A stretch of DNA of 64,000 nucleotides, taken from IMG/VR virus record IMGVR_UViG_3300005617_000581; one strand, 5' to 3'. The stretch is from a virus. The notes beneath the pieces were generated by a model. The model saw only the letters and a list, made by a program, of their open reading frames with translations, ran no database searches and had not been told where the DNA came from. This document shows, one piece after another, positions 40,801 through 49,586 of this stretch (the stretch's first letter is position 1; each line of letters starts with the position of its first letter). Made by a program: the position numbers and the translations under genes.

Positions 40801-41870
40801 GATCCGTTGGGCAGCCGGACCTGGCGCAGCCGCTCGGCCTAACCGTGTCGCCGAAGAAGATCAGTAAGTACGACGCGAACGCCATCAAGGCCGAGCACGG
40901 CGACACGTACCTGTTTGGGTACGACGAAAAGGAGAGCCTCTACCAGCACTTTAAGAAGAACACCAGCCTCGGCTTCATAATGCTGAATACGCAGCCGCCG
41001 ACCGTCTTTAAGGCCCTCGCCCTGGCCGTCGCCAAGTGGAACAAGGATCACCCGGCGGACCACATGAACATGCTGCAGGGCATTAAGATCATCGACGAGT
41101 TCGGCCACATACACGCGCCCGCCGGAACGCCTAAGCAGACGTTGTGGGAAACCAAGGTCGTCGACTGGCTGACGACCGCGTCCGGTAAGAAGAACGCCGC
41201 CGGGTTCATCAACTGGGCCGAGGACTACGTCAACGCGCCGACGTCGACGACATCGTCCGGTGCGGTCGTACATCTTAAGCTGCCGATCGAGATCGGTACG
41301 CCGGACGCGAGCGAAACGAACTTCCCCGCCATCAAGTCGGCCGAGGCGATGGCCATGCATAAGAAGGCGATGACCAAGCACGGCGTGTGGAACAAGATGC
41401 AGACCGACGTGATCTACGACTACACCGGATCGGGATCCGGATACATCAACGGCGCGCTTCGCAGCGGCAACACGAACGGCAGCGGCTACCAATCCGCCAT
41501 CAAGATGCAGTCCGCGATGTACCCGGCCGAAAAGAGCTTCCAGGTGTTCCGCAACACCGAGAGCGTCGGCGCCGCGTTCAACGGATACACGCTGGAAGAC
41601 TGGCAAAAGATGGTTGGACAGACGCTTCTTGAGCCGGGATTTTCGTCGACCGCGGTCGGTAAGTCGGTGTTCGGGGGAAGAAAGTTCCACCTCGAGATCG
41701 AGGTTCCGAAGGGCACGCCGGGGGCGTACGTCAAGTCCGCGTCGGCCAACGCATACGAAAACGAGTACATAATCGCGGCGGGTACGAAGTTTCGCGTCCT
41801 GAGCGTGGCTAAGAAACCCGGCATCGGCAGCACCTACGGCTTTAACATACGACTGAGGGTGGTGTCTTAG
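37809..41870 (+). CDS. Large polyvalent virion protein (1353 aa) with two ADP-ribosyltransferase domains
   Basis: ART3 has YTTSEGYQSMNAVLR, LFRGTG, FTSTSI and KTEEELILG. ART4 has YTGSGSGYINGALR, VFRNTE, FSSTAV and YENEYIIA. N-terminal HPRNPNTGEFID motif. Lower GC. Confidence 0.7.
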   Translation: MSALSDGKNALFVLVDEDEPLAAALSHKQVKAMDIAAQALKNLPGSGDWDPKLHPRNPNTGEFIDKGTSIVKISKDDIGHIIALDPSAFNDWFIKIGPHTKKSWDAQAPGTQKILKNLAAKYAAAGQGADAFDLIQVFEHVATHGKLTGIKWDAPLKLDELGQSDFFDWFHDIFVSGDSHHDKQAWNELSTKQKGEVIAEVAKLLSSPHTTDAYVKNLAKKINQLEGTPVLKVDTPPSAFVPQPAQPIGVGTVPVVGVPLKINTPFVYKTAFMNNTIIAEKLQHDPPLRIIFKNSKFHIQSQDASGTWATPSVGLTQKLGIAGPYGKPLGKGELYKAFKNDVGWTSPLNTQAHFKTPSSAPPLSAETQAVIEEIKMMSGPEFVGFMDDNYDEILAMWNTAPDEEKKVLKDKATEVLTHPKANGFVSPSDKSYLKPYQQLQEIEKQVSNMLKSTTPPKGAVYGTSTFAVPGNLNTYSNVNINQFYDSITQADWDSFDKPTKTYLQKIADQFEHDGNDEPGAALIALKNNEGPGSPWASMPTLSQMSPEISKMDSLQFKEWLDNQTAQTLSELNHKEQVHLFDVAANHTLTNYLHDVISSTASTLTDPQLSPQANPNVPSTPNVPTTPGVPGNPILQSIHENVHVNVKPIGQIGTPISDDQVGAYASITPLAAQHMQAEMLKQSGKTWTSAEINSVAKYTTSEGYQSMNAVLRNDQVRMKKFSQQALKAAGMNARDLQNAMTPTTTSLQLFRGTGAHAFGFDSDHAPSLDALKALEGKLITDRGFTSTSIVDKTGVGWDYTKKPIRIEIKVPKGAPALYVSSATPGYKTEEELILGAGTTFRIDEVRAATAAEKAKHGGALEHVVSVTVVPRANHPGPKKFPSSVASPLSAVDAAQVPQSLKPNPSTTATPGAKPKVGGTPFKFNTSTIYKVAYTPGQTVAERPGPDGDIKMVWNVKGKTGKFQLWKNDPNLNKWLLVKEYGKGDAYTAFKNDSGWFEPGSVGQPDLAQPLGLTVSPKKISKYDANAIKAEHGDTYLFGYDEKESLYQHFKKNTSLGFIMLNTQPPTVFKALALAVAKWNKDHPADHMNMLQGIKIIDEFGHIHAPAGTPKQTLWETKVVDWLTTASGKKNAAGFINWAEDYVNAPTSTTSSGAVVHLKLPIEIGTPDASETNFPAIKSAEAMAMHKKAMTKHGVWNKMQTDVIYDYTGSGSGYINGALRSGNTNGSGYQSAIKMQSAMYPAEKSFQVFRNTESVGAAFNGYTLEDWQKMVGQTLLEPGFSSTAVGKSVFGGRKFHLEIEVPKGTPGAYVKSASANAYENEYIIAAGTKFRVLSVAKKPGIGSTYGFNIRLRVVS

Positions 41871-42859
41871 TGGGAGCTCTAACCGAGGATACACCCTTCG
41901 AGTTCGAGGTGGTACCGGACCAGGGATACACGACGGACGAGGCCTACGCGCTGCTCGCGGGCCTCGGCCCAAACACGTCCGAGCTGCCCGCGCCGCAGAC
42001 GGCCGCCGGATTCAATCCGCGTCAGCTGCGCGACTGGCACGGCCGCTGGGAAAAGCTTAAGCAGTCGTTCAAGCCCGCCGGTAGCGGCGACAAGTTTAAC
42101 TTCATCGAACACCTTGGGCGCGTAGAGCGCGCGGTATCCGAATCGCACAAGGCGCTGTCGACGGAGAACACGCACACGTACAAGGGAGCGTGGCTGCCGG
42201 AGCGCGACAAGCTGCACCGCCAGATCGTCGACGACCTCTACAAGCAGGCCGCGAACGTCCCAAACCAGGGACGCGCGATCATGCTCGGCGGACCGGCCGG
42301 AGCGGGAAAGAGCACCGTGCTTGAGGGTAAGCTGCGTGTCAAGCCGGGTAGCTTCCTGGTCATCAATCCGGACGACATCAAGGAGGAGCTGGCGCGCCGC
42401 AACCTGGTGCCCGAGATTCCCGGGTACGACGACCTGTCGCCGATGGACCGGACGACGCTGGTTCACCGCGAATCGGTTCGGATCGCGGACATGCTGGCGG
42501 ACCGCGCGTATCGCGATCGAAAGAACCTGATCTGGGATACGACGATGACGCGTTCGGACCTAGCGCTGTACCGCATCAAGCGGATGCGCCAGAGCGGCTA
42601 CGACGACATTCGAGGCGTCTTCGTCAACGCCGACGACCACGTCGCGATCCAGCGCGTTCGCGCACGCTACATGCGGGGCGCGCACGACTACAGCCAGGGA
42701 AAGGGCCTCGGAGGTCGGTTCGTACCGCAGGCCATCCAGGACCAGATGTCGACGGGCGAGACGCGCGCGTCGTTCAAGTACGTCCGTAGGTACTTCGACG
42801 ACTGGAAGATGTACGACAACTCGGGAAGTTCACCGCGACTGCACTCGGAGAAGAACTAG
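41870..42859 (+). CDS. Zeta-toxin-like P-loop kinase
   Basis: Walker A is IMLGGPAGAGKST and Walker B-like is FLVINPDD. An N-terminal approx 100-aa extension carries the LRDWHGRW motif. Confidence 0.55.
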   Translation: MGALTEDTPFEFEVVPDQGYTTDEAYALLAGLGPNTSELPAPQTAAGFNPRQLRDWHGRWEKLKQSFKPAGSGDKFNFIEHLGRVERAVSESHKALSTENTHTYKGAWLPERDKLHRQIVDDLYKQAANVPNQGRAIMLGGPAGAGKSTVLEGKLRVKPGSFLVINPDDIKEELARRNLVPEIPGYDDLSPMDRTTLVHRESVRIADMLADRAYRDRKNLIWDTTMTRSDLALYRIKRMRQSGYDDIRGVFVNADDHVAIQRVRARYMRGAHDYSQGKGLGGRFVPQAIQDQMSTGETRASFKYVRRYFDDWKMYDNSGSSPRLHSEKN

Positions 42860-43095
42860 TGGCAACGGTACGACAGCTTCTCGACGGATACGCCGCGCGT
42901 CGGGTAACGCTCGACCAGCTCGCGGCGAACTTTCGCGCGCGTCGCTGGCCGACGACGGTCGTCGACGAGTGGGCCGTCGAGGATCCGCCGCCGGGCGACG
43001 ATTCCTTCGACGTCGTCGCGGCGGATTCACGACTAACGGCCGCGGAGTATGCGCGCCTGCAGGCCGCCTACCAAACCGCGGTTTCGTCGACATAG
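42859..43095 (+). CDS. Hypothetical small acidic protein
   Basis: 78 aa with GTG overlap start, immediately downstream of the zeta-like kinase. Confidence 0.4.
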   Translation: MATVRQLLDGYAARRVTLDQLAANFRARRWPTTVVDEWAVEDPPPGDDSFDVVAADSRLTAAEYARLQAAYQTAVSST

Positions 43096-43131
43096 TGATA
43101 ACGTAAATCACCAGCACCGGGAGGTGATTTA

Positions 43132-45165
43132 ATGCCCTGGGAAGTTCGCCCGCGCGACGGTAAGTTCTGCGTCGTTAAGATCGCCGACAGTAGCGTCGTC
43201 GCGTGCCACGCGACGTCGGACAAGGCGAACGCGCAGGTGCGCGCGCTGTACGCGTCCGAGGCAAACGCGGCGCTGGACGCGCTGGCGACGTTTACCCGCG
43301 AATCCGACGTGAACATTCCCGTCGGCGGCGGGCACAACCTGCGCGACTACTGGGTCCGTGGTGAGGGCGCCGCCAAGATCCGCTGGAACACCGAGGGCGA
43401 CGGCACGCGCTGCATCAAGCACCTGCGGAAGTACGTCCGCGACCCGGGTGGACTGTGTCAGGAGTATCACCGCATGGCGACCGGTAAGAGCATGCATCCC
43501 CACCCCGGACGGCTGACGGAGGCTGAGGAGATGGAAGAATTCGCGGACACACCGGCCGAGCCCTACGGCGACGTCACGTACGCCGACCCGGGGTACCGCG
43601 GCCGTAAGCGCTACCCGATCGATACGCCGAAGCACGTTCGCGCGGCGTGGGCGTACATCAACATGCCGAAGAACGCCGCTAAGTACTCGACCGACCAGCT
43701 TAGGTCGATCAAGGCGAAGATCCAAAAGGCGATGTCTGGAATCGGCGCCGAGGTCGCCGCGGACGACGAGCTGGTTACCGCGGCCGGCTGTCCGCCGGGG
43801 CACCACAAGATGCCCGACGGCAGCTGCATGGCCGACGAGGACATGCAGGACTACGCGGTGCACATCGACGACGAGGGCGACGACGCGACGCCCGACGAAC
43901 CGTGGGAGGGCCCCCTGGTCGTCGAGGACGTCGAATCTGGCGACGGCCGCATGTTCTCGGCCGGGTCGCTCGACTGGGCCGACCTGCCGCAGCCGCTGAT
44001 GTACCAGCCCGCTAACGTCGGCGGGCACAACGGCTCGATCATGGTCGGCGAGATCCAGCACATGCGCCGCAAGGGCGCCGTCATCCACGGCCGCGGTCGA
44101 ATCTTCGGTCACATCGTCGACGGGGAGCACGGGGACGACGTACTGCAGATGGTTCGGACCGGCGGTGTTTCCGTCGACGTCGACAGCGTTAAGAACGCCG
44201 ACGTCGAGATGATCTACGCGGCCGACGACAAGGAGGGTTTCTTCTCGAAGCCCGAGATGACCGTCTACCATCGAGGTCGCATCCGCGGCGCGACGCTGGT
44301 CGCGTTTCCCGCGTTCGCCGACATGAAGCTCCAGCTTCTTAATGATCAACTAACGGCGTCCGGCGACGGAGGCTGCGATTGCGAGGACCGCTATGTCGAG
44401 CCGATCGTCGCGGCCGCGCACGCGATCACGATTCCGGACCTTCCGCCGCGCGGGTGGTTCGACGAGCCGACGGACGTCGAGCTGTCCGGCGCGCTGACGA
44501 TCACCGACGAGGGCCGCGTCTATGGAATCCTGGCGCCCGGGGGAACGCGCCACCGTAACCACGACGTCACCGTTCCGTTCCACAACGTCGACTACACCCG
44601 GTTCCACAAGGGCGAGACGATCGTCGACGGTGGAGGTCGCGTCGTCACGGGCGTCATCACCGCCGACTGTGGGCACGCGCCGACGCAGAACTACGGCACG
44701 CTGCAGGCGCGAATGGACCACTACGACAACTCGTGCTCGGTGCTGGCCAACGTCCGCGTCGGCGAATCGGCGAAGGGATACGTCTGGGTCGCGGGCGCGC
44801 TCAACCTGGGGGCGCAGCCTCACCAGGTCGCGCAGGCGCTCGGCTGCGCGCTGTCGGGCGACTGGCAGGGACACCCGGATCGGCCGGGCGTACGCGAGTT
44901 TATCGCGGCTCACCTCGTCCCGGTACCGGGATTCCCACTGGCGCGCACCAAGGCGTCGGTAACGCTTGAGGACGGCGTCGTCACGGCGTCGTGGCTTCCC
45001 GTTCGTCACGAGCCGACGCGCGAGCTCGCCGCGATCAACGACGCCAAGGCCGAGCTCGCGCGCCGGTTCGGCGTCGACCCGGCGAGCCGAAAGTCCAGGA
45101 TCTACGCCAAGTCGAGGAAGGTGAGGGCAACGTGTGCGCTTGCGGACATAGCCGCACTGAGGTAG
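43132..45165 (+). CDS. Capsid maturation (prohead) protease, HK97 gp4/S78 family, with extra N- and C-terminal domains
   Basis: The central block FSAGSLDW...NVGGHNGSIMVGEI...GVSVDV...RGATLVAFPAFADM aligns with HK97-type protease (IAPGAF...HD...GCSFGF...VSLVTFPAYEDT). Confidence 0.65.
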   Translation: MPWEVRPRDGKFCVVKIADSSVVACHATSDKANAQVRALYASEANAALDALATFTRESDVNIPVGGGHNLRDYWVRGEGAAKIRWNTEGDGTRCIKHLRKYVRDPGGLCQEYHRMATGKSMHPHPGRLTEAEEMEEFADTPAEPYGDVTYADPGYRGRKRYPIDTPKHVRAAWAYINMPKNAAKYSTDQLRSIKAKIQKAMSGIGAEVAADDELVTAAGCPPGHHKMPDGSCMADEDMQDYAVHIDDEGDDATPDEPWEGPLVVEDVESGDGRMFSAGSLDWADLPQPLMYQPANVGGHNGSIMVGEIQHMRRKGAVIHGRGRIFGHIVDGEHGDDVLQMVRTGGVSVDVDSVKNADVEMIYAADDKEGFFSKPEMTVYHRGRIRGATLVAFPAFADMKLQLLNDQLTASGDGGCDCEDRYVEPIVAAAHAITIPDLPPRGWFDEPTDVELSGALTITDEGRVYGILAPGGTRHRNHDVTVPFHNVDYTRFHKGETIVDGGGRVVTGVITADCGHAPTQNYGTLQARMDHYDNSCSVLANVRVGESAKGYVWVAGALNLGAQPHQVAQALGCALSGDWQGHPDRPGVREFIAAHLVPVPGFPLARTKASVTLEDGVVTASWLPVRHEPTRELAAINDAKAELARRFGVDPASRKSRIYAKSRKVRATCALADIAALR

Positions 45166-45173
45166 TAACCACG

Positions 45174-45299
45174 GTGCAGGCGGAGCAGCAGTTGGTCGAA
45201 CAGCAGGCGTACGCGCAGCTGATGCAGCAGACCGTCGCCGACGCCGAACAGTACCTACGCTCGGCCGCGCAGGCCGCGCGCAACGCCAACTCGGAGTAA
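45174..45299 (+). CDS. Possible 41-aa Gln/Ala-rich helical peptide (scaffold-like?)
   Basis: GTG ORF VQAEQQLVEQQAYAQLMQQTVADAEQYLRSAAQAARNANSE lying between protease and capsid genes. Weak call. Confidence 0.2.
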   Translation: MQAEQQLVEQQAYAQLMQQTVADAEQYLRSAAQAARNANSE

Positions 45300-45402
45300 C
45301 CGCAACACGGTGTCGTTTGCACTACGGTGTTGTGGTCGGTAGTATCTCGAACCAGACGGGCCAGGTCGACAGCTTTACGTTTTCCACGAGAGGGTTTGAC
45401 CG

Positions 45403-47127
45403 GTGCCCGAGCACGAGCAGAACCTGAGCCTCCCCGAGGACATCACCGGCCTCGGCGTGGAGGAACTGAATCAATTCATCGCCGCTGCGAGCGCTCGGAT
45501 GTCCGAACTGGCAAACAGCGGCACCGTCGAGCTGGCGGCCGCCACGGCCGAGGCCGACGAGATGGACGCCCTGGCCGGCGAGATCGAACGCGTCGCGCTC
45601 GAGAAGGCCCGCCGCAAGCAGGTCGCCGCCGCGAACCGCGCGAAGAAGGCCGCGGCGCAGGCGCGTATCGAGGCGTCGGACGACGCGGACGAACCGGACG
45701 GCGAATCCGAGGACGACGACGAACCAGACGGCGAACCCGACGCCGAGCTCGCGGACGACGAACCCGTCACCGCGTCGAAGCGGCCGAAGGGCGGCGCTAA
45801 GACCAAGCCGCGCAGCGAGAACGCCAACTTCCGCAACCCGTCGCTCGCCGACGCGCAGCGCCAGGCGCCGACGGTTCCGACGCGCGCGCCGGAGCCCGTG
45901 TTGACGGCGTCGGCCGACATCCCGAACTTCAACCTCGGGCAGAAGCTCGACGGCATGGACGGCCTCGTCGCCGCGATGCAGGCCCGCGCCCGGACGCTTC
46001 CGATCACCAACCGAGGCGACGACGCGCCGCGCGTACCGATCGCCTCGATGGTGCGCGACTTTACGTTTAACCTCGACCCGAACGCGACGCCCGCGCAGAT
46101 CAACGAGGTTCTAACGGCCGCCGCGGACCCGGGCATCCTAACCGCCGCGGGCGGCTGGTGCTCGCCCAGCGAGATCCGGTACGACTTCTTCAACATCGTC
46201 GCCTCGGACGGCGCGATCGACCTGCCGACGGTCGGCATCAACCGCGGCGGCGTCCGCTGGCCGACCAGTCCGTCGTTCGCCGACGTCGTCCTGGGCAACG
46301 CGCTGTGGGTCTGGTCCGAGACGCAGGACATCGCGGCCGTCACGGGTACCGCGCAGTCCGGCACGAAGACCTGCGGTCGGGTTCCCTGCCCGTCGTTCAA
46401 CGAGGCGCGCCTCGGCTGCGACGGCGTCTGTCTAACGGTCGGCAACCTGACCGAGGACGCCTACCCCGAGCTGATCGCCAACCACACCAAGCTGCTGTTC
46501 GCGGCACACGCGCACAAGATGAACCGCAAGTACATCGACGCAGTTCGTACGCTGGGCGCGGGCTTCACGGTTACGAACGGCTCCGCGGGCGCGGGCGTCG
46601 TCGCCAACGTCCTCGGTGCGATCGAACTGCAGGCGCGCGACTACCGCGAGCGCTACGCGATGGCCGAGGGTTCGACGCTCGAGGTTATCGCCCCGCGCTG
46701 GCTGCGCGGCCCGATGCGCTCCGACCTACGTCGGCGCATGGGCGCGCCGACGGACACGCTGTCCGCGACCGACGCGATGTTGATGGGGCTGTTCGACGCG
46801 GCTAACGTCCGCATCCAGTGGGTCAACGACTACCAGGTCCGGACCGCGGGCTTCCCGGGCGTTCCCGGAACGCTGCCGACGGCCTGGCCGCTGACCGTCG
46901 AGATCATGATGTACGCGCCGGGCACGGTCGTCAAGGGCAACGGCCTGCGACTCGACCTAGGCATCATCCGCGACTCGGTGCTCAACGCGACCAACGACCA
47001 CACGGCCGAGTGGATGGAAGAGTGCTGGCTGATCTTCCAGCCCGGCCACGAGGTTCGTCGTCTCACGATCAGCATCTGCCCCGACGGTACGACCGGCGCC
47101 GCGGACCTGACCGAGTGCGGCGTCTAA
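45403..47127 (+). CDS. Major capsid protein (HK97-like) with N-terminal scaffold/delta domain
   Basis: GTG start. N-terminal coiled-coil and acidic repeats DDADEPDGESEDDDEPDGEPD (delta-like), then approx 300 aa capsid-like. Confidence 0.6.
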   Translation: MPEHEQNLSLPEDITGLGVEELNQFIAAASARMSELANSGTVELAAATAEADEMDALAGEIERVALEKARRKQVAAANRAKKAAAQARIEASDDADEPDGESEDDDEPDGEPDAELADDEPVTASKRPKGGAKTKPRSENANFRNPSLADAQRQAPTVPTRAPEPVLTASADIPNFNLGQKLDGMDGLVAAMQARARTLPITNRGDDAPRVPIASMVRDFTFNLDPNATPAQINEVLTAAADPGILTAAGGWCSPSEIRYDFFNIVASDGAIDLPTVGINRGGVRWPTSPSFADVVLGNALWVWSETQDIAAVTGTAQSGTKTCGRVPCPSFNEARLGCDGVCLTVGNLTEDAYPELIANHTKLLFAAHAHKMNRKYIDAVRTLGAGFTVTNGSAGAGVVANVLGAIELQARDYRERYAMAEGSTLEVIAPRWLRGPMRSDLRRRMGAPTDTLSATDAMLMGLFDAANVRIQWVNDYQVRTAGFPGVPGTLPTAWPLTVEIMMYAPGTVVKGNGLRLDLGIIRDSVLNATNDHTAEWMEECWLIFQPGHEVRRLTISICPDGTTGAADLTECGV

Positions 47128-47176
47128 CCGCGTCCCGCCCGACTAGGACGACGCCGACAGAGAGGAGGGTGGCGAC

Positions 47177-48076
47177 GTGGTAAGCATGCGGGATACGACG
47201 TCGCCGCCCGCCTTCCAGCCGCTTCAGACGCGGCTACAGGACGCCGTCGACGGGCCGTACCCGTTCACCGCGCACACGAAGCTCGGCGCGCAGTACCTGC
47301 CCGACGCCTGCGTGTTTCCGCTGCAGACGTCCGCGGCCTGCGTCACCGGCGTCGGCGCCACCAAGATCGCACAGTCCGGGGTAAACTGGCGCGCGACGGA
47401 CCCGTTCATCGTCTACACGTGGCTCGACTGTCCCCTGGTCGGATCCGATCCGGACGAGGTCCGCGAACGCATTCGCGTGGCGCACGAACACGGCGCGCCA
47501 ACGGTCGTCGAAACGGTCTTCTGGACGGGCGGTGATTTCAACGTCTCGCAACACCTGGCCGAGGACACGCCGATCACCGAGGTTAGCGGCGGCTCGATCG
47601 TCACGCTGCAGACCGGCGCTACCACGATCACGGGCACGTACGACGTCGTCGAGGCAGTCGGCGTCCTCGAGGAGACGATGGCCTCGTGCTACGGCGGCAC
47701 GCCGTTGATCCACGTGCCGCGCGGCGCGACGGCGCACCTGGTAAACAGCCAGATCGTCCGCGAACAGGGTCCGAAGCTGGTCACCGTCGGCAACAGGTCG
47801 GTCGTTATTCCGGCGCCGGGATACAAGCGCACCGGACCGGACGGCGCGCAGGCACCCGCGGGACACGCGTGGTTCTACGCGACCGGCGCGGTCAAGATGT
47901 GGAAGTCTAGCCTAGAGTTTTACACACGCGACGTCCGCGAGTTTCTTAAGCGCGACACGAACGACGTCGTCCTCGTCGGCGAGCAGCGCTTTATGCTCGG
48001 CTGGGACTGCTGCCACTACGCGATACTCGTCAAGCTCGGCGGCGTCATCTCTGGCGCCGTTGCATCGCCCTCGTAA
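47177..48076 (+). CDS. Virion structural protein (second capsid-like protein or major tail subunit candidate)
   Basis: 299 aa. GTPLIHVPRGATAHL...KLVTVGNRSVVIPAPG...VVLVGEQRFMLGWD resembles HK97-type capsid C-terminal strands. Confidence 0.35.
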   Translation: MVSMRDTTSPPAFQPLQTRLQDAVDGPYPFTAHTKLGAQYLPDACVFPLQTSAACVTGVGATKIAQSGVNWRATDPFIVYTWLDCPLVGSDPDEVRERIRVAHEHGAPTVVETVFWTGGDFNVSQHLAEDTPITEVSGGSIVTLQTGATTITGTYDVVEAVGVLEETMASCYGGTPLIHVPRGATAHLVNSQIVREQGPKLVTVGNRSVVIPAPGYKRTGPDGAQAPAGHAWFYATGAVKMWKSSLEFYTRDVREFLKRDTNDVVLVGEQRFMLGWDCCHYAILVKLGGVISGAVASPS

Positions 48077-48085
48077 GGAGACGAC

Positions 48086-48769
48086 ATGGTTGCCCAGTGC
48101 GGAGCCGCAGCACAGGGAACGGTGCTGCGTCTTGTCAAGCTCAACACCTGCGGAGCGCCTGTTACCGGCGCCTCGTCGGCCGTCGTCGTCACCGACGGCT
48201 ACATCAGCGTCCAGTCCGAGGCGCAGTACGAGGACGGCGACGCGATCCGCACCAAGAAGGCAAGTGGCCAGCTCTGCATCAACCGGACGGGACCGAATGC
48301 GTACGTCAACTCCAAGCTGACGATCGCGATGTGCGTCCTCGACCCAGACGCGAACACGCTCATCATGGGTTCACGCCTGATCACCTCCGGCTCGGTGACC
48401 GGAACCGGTACCGCGTACGGCTACAACAACGCGGCGGCGCACTACTCGCTCGAAACGTGGCAGCCCATCTCGGGTCAGGGCGCGTGCGACCCGAACACGG
48501 GTCTGCAGCGCTACGTCTACTGGGCGTGGCCGCACGTGTGGAACACTAAGCTGCTCGCGTTTACGATCGAAAACGGCGCGCTGAGCCTCAGCTACGAGGC
48601 GATAACCGACTACCCGTCGGCGCTATGGGGCGACGGGCCGGGTACGGGTACGTCGTGGCTGCCTGCCGTGATCGACACGTCGGTGTACTTCGACGACTTC
48701 CTGTGGAACATCACAACGACGGCACCGCCGACCCCGCCCGCGGCCTGCGGCGCGTTCCTGCTGACGTAG
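48086..48769 (+). CDS. Cys-rich virion structural protein (head-tail connector or tail protein)
   Basis: 227 aa containing 8 Cys. Confidence 0.35.
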   Translation: MVAQCGAAAQGTVLRLVKLNTCGAPVTGASSAVVVTDGYISVQSEAQYEDGDAIRTKKASGQLCINRTGPNAYVNSKLTIAMCVLDPDANTLIMGSRLITSGSVTGTGTAYGYNNAAAHYSLETWQPISGQGACDPNTGLQRYVYWAWPHVWNTKLLAFTIENGALSLSYEAITDYPSALWGDGPGTGTSWLPAVIDTSVYFDDFLWNITTTAPPTPPAACGAFLLT

Positions 48770-48779
48770 GAGGTTCGGC

Positions 48780-49586
48780 GTGACGGCTTATCAGTTTGGG
48801 CCGTGTACGCCGTGGACGCCGACGTGGACGTGCGACATCGACACGATCGTTGGTGCCGCGGCGGTAACCGGCGTCGCGCTCGAGATCGCGTCCGAGGTGC
48901 TGTACCACGCGACGGCGCAGCGGTTCGACGAGTGCTCGGTCACGATTCGACCCTGTCGTCAGGAGTGCGTCAACTTGTTCGGCGCGCTCGGATCGTGGTG
49001 GCAGTACGGCACGTACCCGCGTCCGTACTGGTGGAACGGCACGTGGTTCAACCTAATTTGTGGTTCCGGCTGTCCGTCTAACTCGTGCTCCTGCGTGACG
49101 ATCGACGAGGTCGTCCTCCCCGGACCGGTCGACGTCACGCAGGTCAAGGTCGACGGCGTCGTCCTGGTCGAGAACGTCAACTACCGCGTCGACGACTACC
49201 GCAAGGTCGTCCGGATCGACGGCGTCCTGTGGCCGTTCTGCCAGGACCTGTCGAAGGCCGACACCGAGGTTGGTACGTGGTCGATGACCGTCACCTTCGG
49301 CGAACCTGTACCGGCGCTGGGAAAGCTCGCCGTGGGCGAGCTCGCGCTCGAGGTGGTTAAGTATCTTATCTGCGCGAACGATTGTCAGCTGCCGCAGGGC
49401 GTCGTCGACATATCCCGGCAGGGCATCTCTATGACCGTCGGGGCGATCTCCGAGATCCTCAAGAACGGGTTCATCCAGCTGCGCTGGTGCGACCTGTTCA
49501 TCAGCACGGCGAACCCACACCACCTGCAGGTGCGGTCCGCGATCATCGACCTCGACAGTCCCGACTTTAGGGTGGTAGGGACGTGA
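48780..49586 (+). CDS. Cys-rich virion structural protein
   Basis: 268 aa containing 17 Cys (CSVTIRPCRQEC, CGSGCPSNSCSC). GTG start. Confidence 0.35.
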   Translation: MTAYQFGPCTPWTPTWTCDIDTIVGAAAVTGVALEIASEVLYHATAQRFDECSVTIRPCRQECVNLFGALGSWWQYGTYPRPYWWNGTWFNLICGSGCPSNSCSCVTIDEVVLPGPVDVTQVKVDGVVLVENVNYRVDDYRKVVRIDGVLWPFCQDLSKADTEVGTWSMTVTFGEPVPALGKLAVGELALEVVKYLICANDCQLPQGVVDISRQGISMTVGAISEILKNGFIQLRWCDLFISTANPHHLQVRSAIIDLDSPDFRVVGT

